From: Marsupella aquatica
Lineage: Eukaryota > Plantae > Marchantiophyta
Assembly: GCA_973895155.1 (NCBI GenBank)
Contig: OZ316897.1
Span: 8,145,832-8,209,831 of the forward strand
Reading direction: 5' to 3'
DNA: 64,000 nucleotides
Made by a program: the position numbers and the translations under genes. This document shows positions 62,551 to 64,000 of the stretch, one piece after another; the stretch's first letter is position 1, and the number at the start of each line of letters is the position of its first letter. Below the pieces are notes generated by a model. That model saw only the letters and a list, made by a program, of their open reading frames with translations. It did no database searches and was not told the DNA's origin.

Positions 62551-64000
62551 CCATCAAGAATCTCTATGCCGTTTTCATGAGTCCAACTAAGATTTGAAAT
62601 TTCTCAAAACTTAACATTTTGTGTGTATTACGAAGATGACCTGATTATCCAAAGTGCCTGGTCAAGTACTAAATCCATCTTTATAATTCGTTGAATCCAA
62701 ACAATACTAGAGTCTTGCCTCTCTCTCTTCGTCCCGAGAGAAACATGTACTATCTGAGCAAGGGGGATTATTTTTGGTACTGGATCAAACTCCAGTCCAC
62801 CTGTCTGCCAGTGGAGCATCTTTTTACTCGGGTCGTGGGTTCAATCTAGAAAACTTAATTTCATGTCCCGTAATGAAAACCTGGGGTTGTGGGGCTGCTG
62901 CCCAGCCGCAGCGGCAGGCTTGTTTACGCCCGGACACGTATGCCGATATCCGTCCGTCCGTCCCGTCCTTCGTTCCGATCACTCTTCAAGTGTGTATAAA
63001 GGGGCTCATGAACCTCGAGAGGGATTGGCCGAGGCCATTCCGGGCAGCGCACCGGAAATCAAAGAGAATCGGGCGGCAAAACAATTCCACCCCCAAGAAA
63101 TCCGGGCCTGTCGTAATAAAGCGCAGTATAATACGGTCGTCAGAGTATGTCCTCCGCCTCCTCTTCCCGGCTGCCGTATATGGCGCTTGTACAGTTATTA
63201 GTAGCGCCACTCCCCATATCCCCATTATTTTTTCGAGGAATTTTCGGGCACGCTGAGAAAAATCGGTAAATAATAAATATCGGTAGGTACGTTGTACTCT
63301 CTGGACGGGACGGAACGGGACGATGATCGTTCCGGTCCGCAGTGAAAAAGAATGAACACGGGTAATGAGAGAGGGTGAGAGTGAAAAAATAAATCAGCTG
63401 CCTCTGCCCTGGCGGGCTGGCTGGCCACGAAATATATATACACCATTGGTTATTTGCTTTGCGATTCTCAACAGCGAGAATTCAGATTAATTATCACTCC
63501 CAAGTTGATTGGGTTTTCCTTTTCTCATAAGTAAAGTTACTTCAAGAAAAAGAATATTGTTTCATTTGTTTCCGTGGCAATTTTAATTTGGAGGTATTTT
63601 CTTGATAAATCCCAAATTAAACTTTTTCTCCACAACCAACCTCATGAGTTTGTGGGTATGTTGATTTGAGGTTTATCAAAGTTTATCAGTGATCTGGATC
63701 ACTCAAAGGTCCCATCAAATCACTCATTTGGGGGTCCATCAAACATGTATCCCTTTTAGTTGCCCTTGACCAGAAATGTTTGTCTGGGTGGGTTTTCTGT
63801 TGGGAGACATGTGTCCACTGTCTATTTCAACACATCACACAGTTTTGGGGGCTTTTTGCCTGGTATAATGTTTTCTAGATTGTCATGTTTGGAATTTGAT
63901 TTTCTGCCCATTTCTGGAAACCCAATATTTTTCAAGTGACAACTTCTGGTTGGAATTTATATTTCAATTATCAATTACATAATCATTGGGTGACCGGTGA

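Noticed and set aside
62805-62850. tRNA/SINE-like A- and B-box motifs (agtggagc...ggttcaatc)
   Set aside because: No cloverleaf, acceptor stem, A-tail or TSD can be built.
62774-63256. 160-aa and 112-aa ORFs
   Set aside because: They arise in a CpG-rich patch and show no recognisable protein features.

Overview
Eukaryotic nuclear DNA from a land plant, probably a bryophyte or liverwort (inferred from spliceosomal introns, very long GA/CAG-rich leaders and a CRE-type retroelement). Three intron-containing + strand genes could be reconstructed by hand from GT..AG sites and frame continuity. (1) A germ-cell-less-like BTB/POZ protein with an acidic linker and a MATH-like C-terminus (2105-6263, 5 exons, 659 aa). 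(2) A CRCK3-like (RLCK-IV) kinase (16783-21043, 7 exons, 616 aa) with a signal peptide, an eight-cysteine prolamin/nsLTP-type ectodomain, an RKLV putative subtilase site, a TM helix and an S/T-P-rich tail. (3) An At1g16250-like F-box/kelch protein (39906-41250) whose first coding exon is not adjacent. Between genes 2 and 3 lies a near-complete CRE-clade non-LTR retrotransposon on the - strand (~26560-31286). It encodes a zinc finger, RT and a restriction-like endonuclease, is broken only by in-frame stops explicable as C-to-T transitions, and has ~182-bp tandem repeats in its 5' region. The rest, notably 41.3-64 kb, has no recognisable gene. It consists of decayed LINE fragments, degenerate tandem repeats, CpG-rich patches and a perfect 39-bp inverted repeat. 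No rRNA, tRNA or CRISPR array was found. All family assignments come from motif recognition; no database searches were run.
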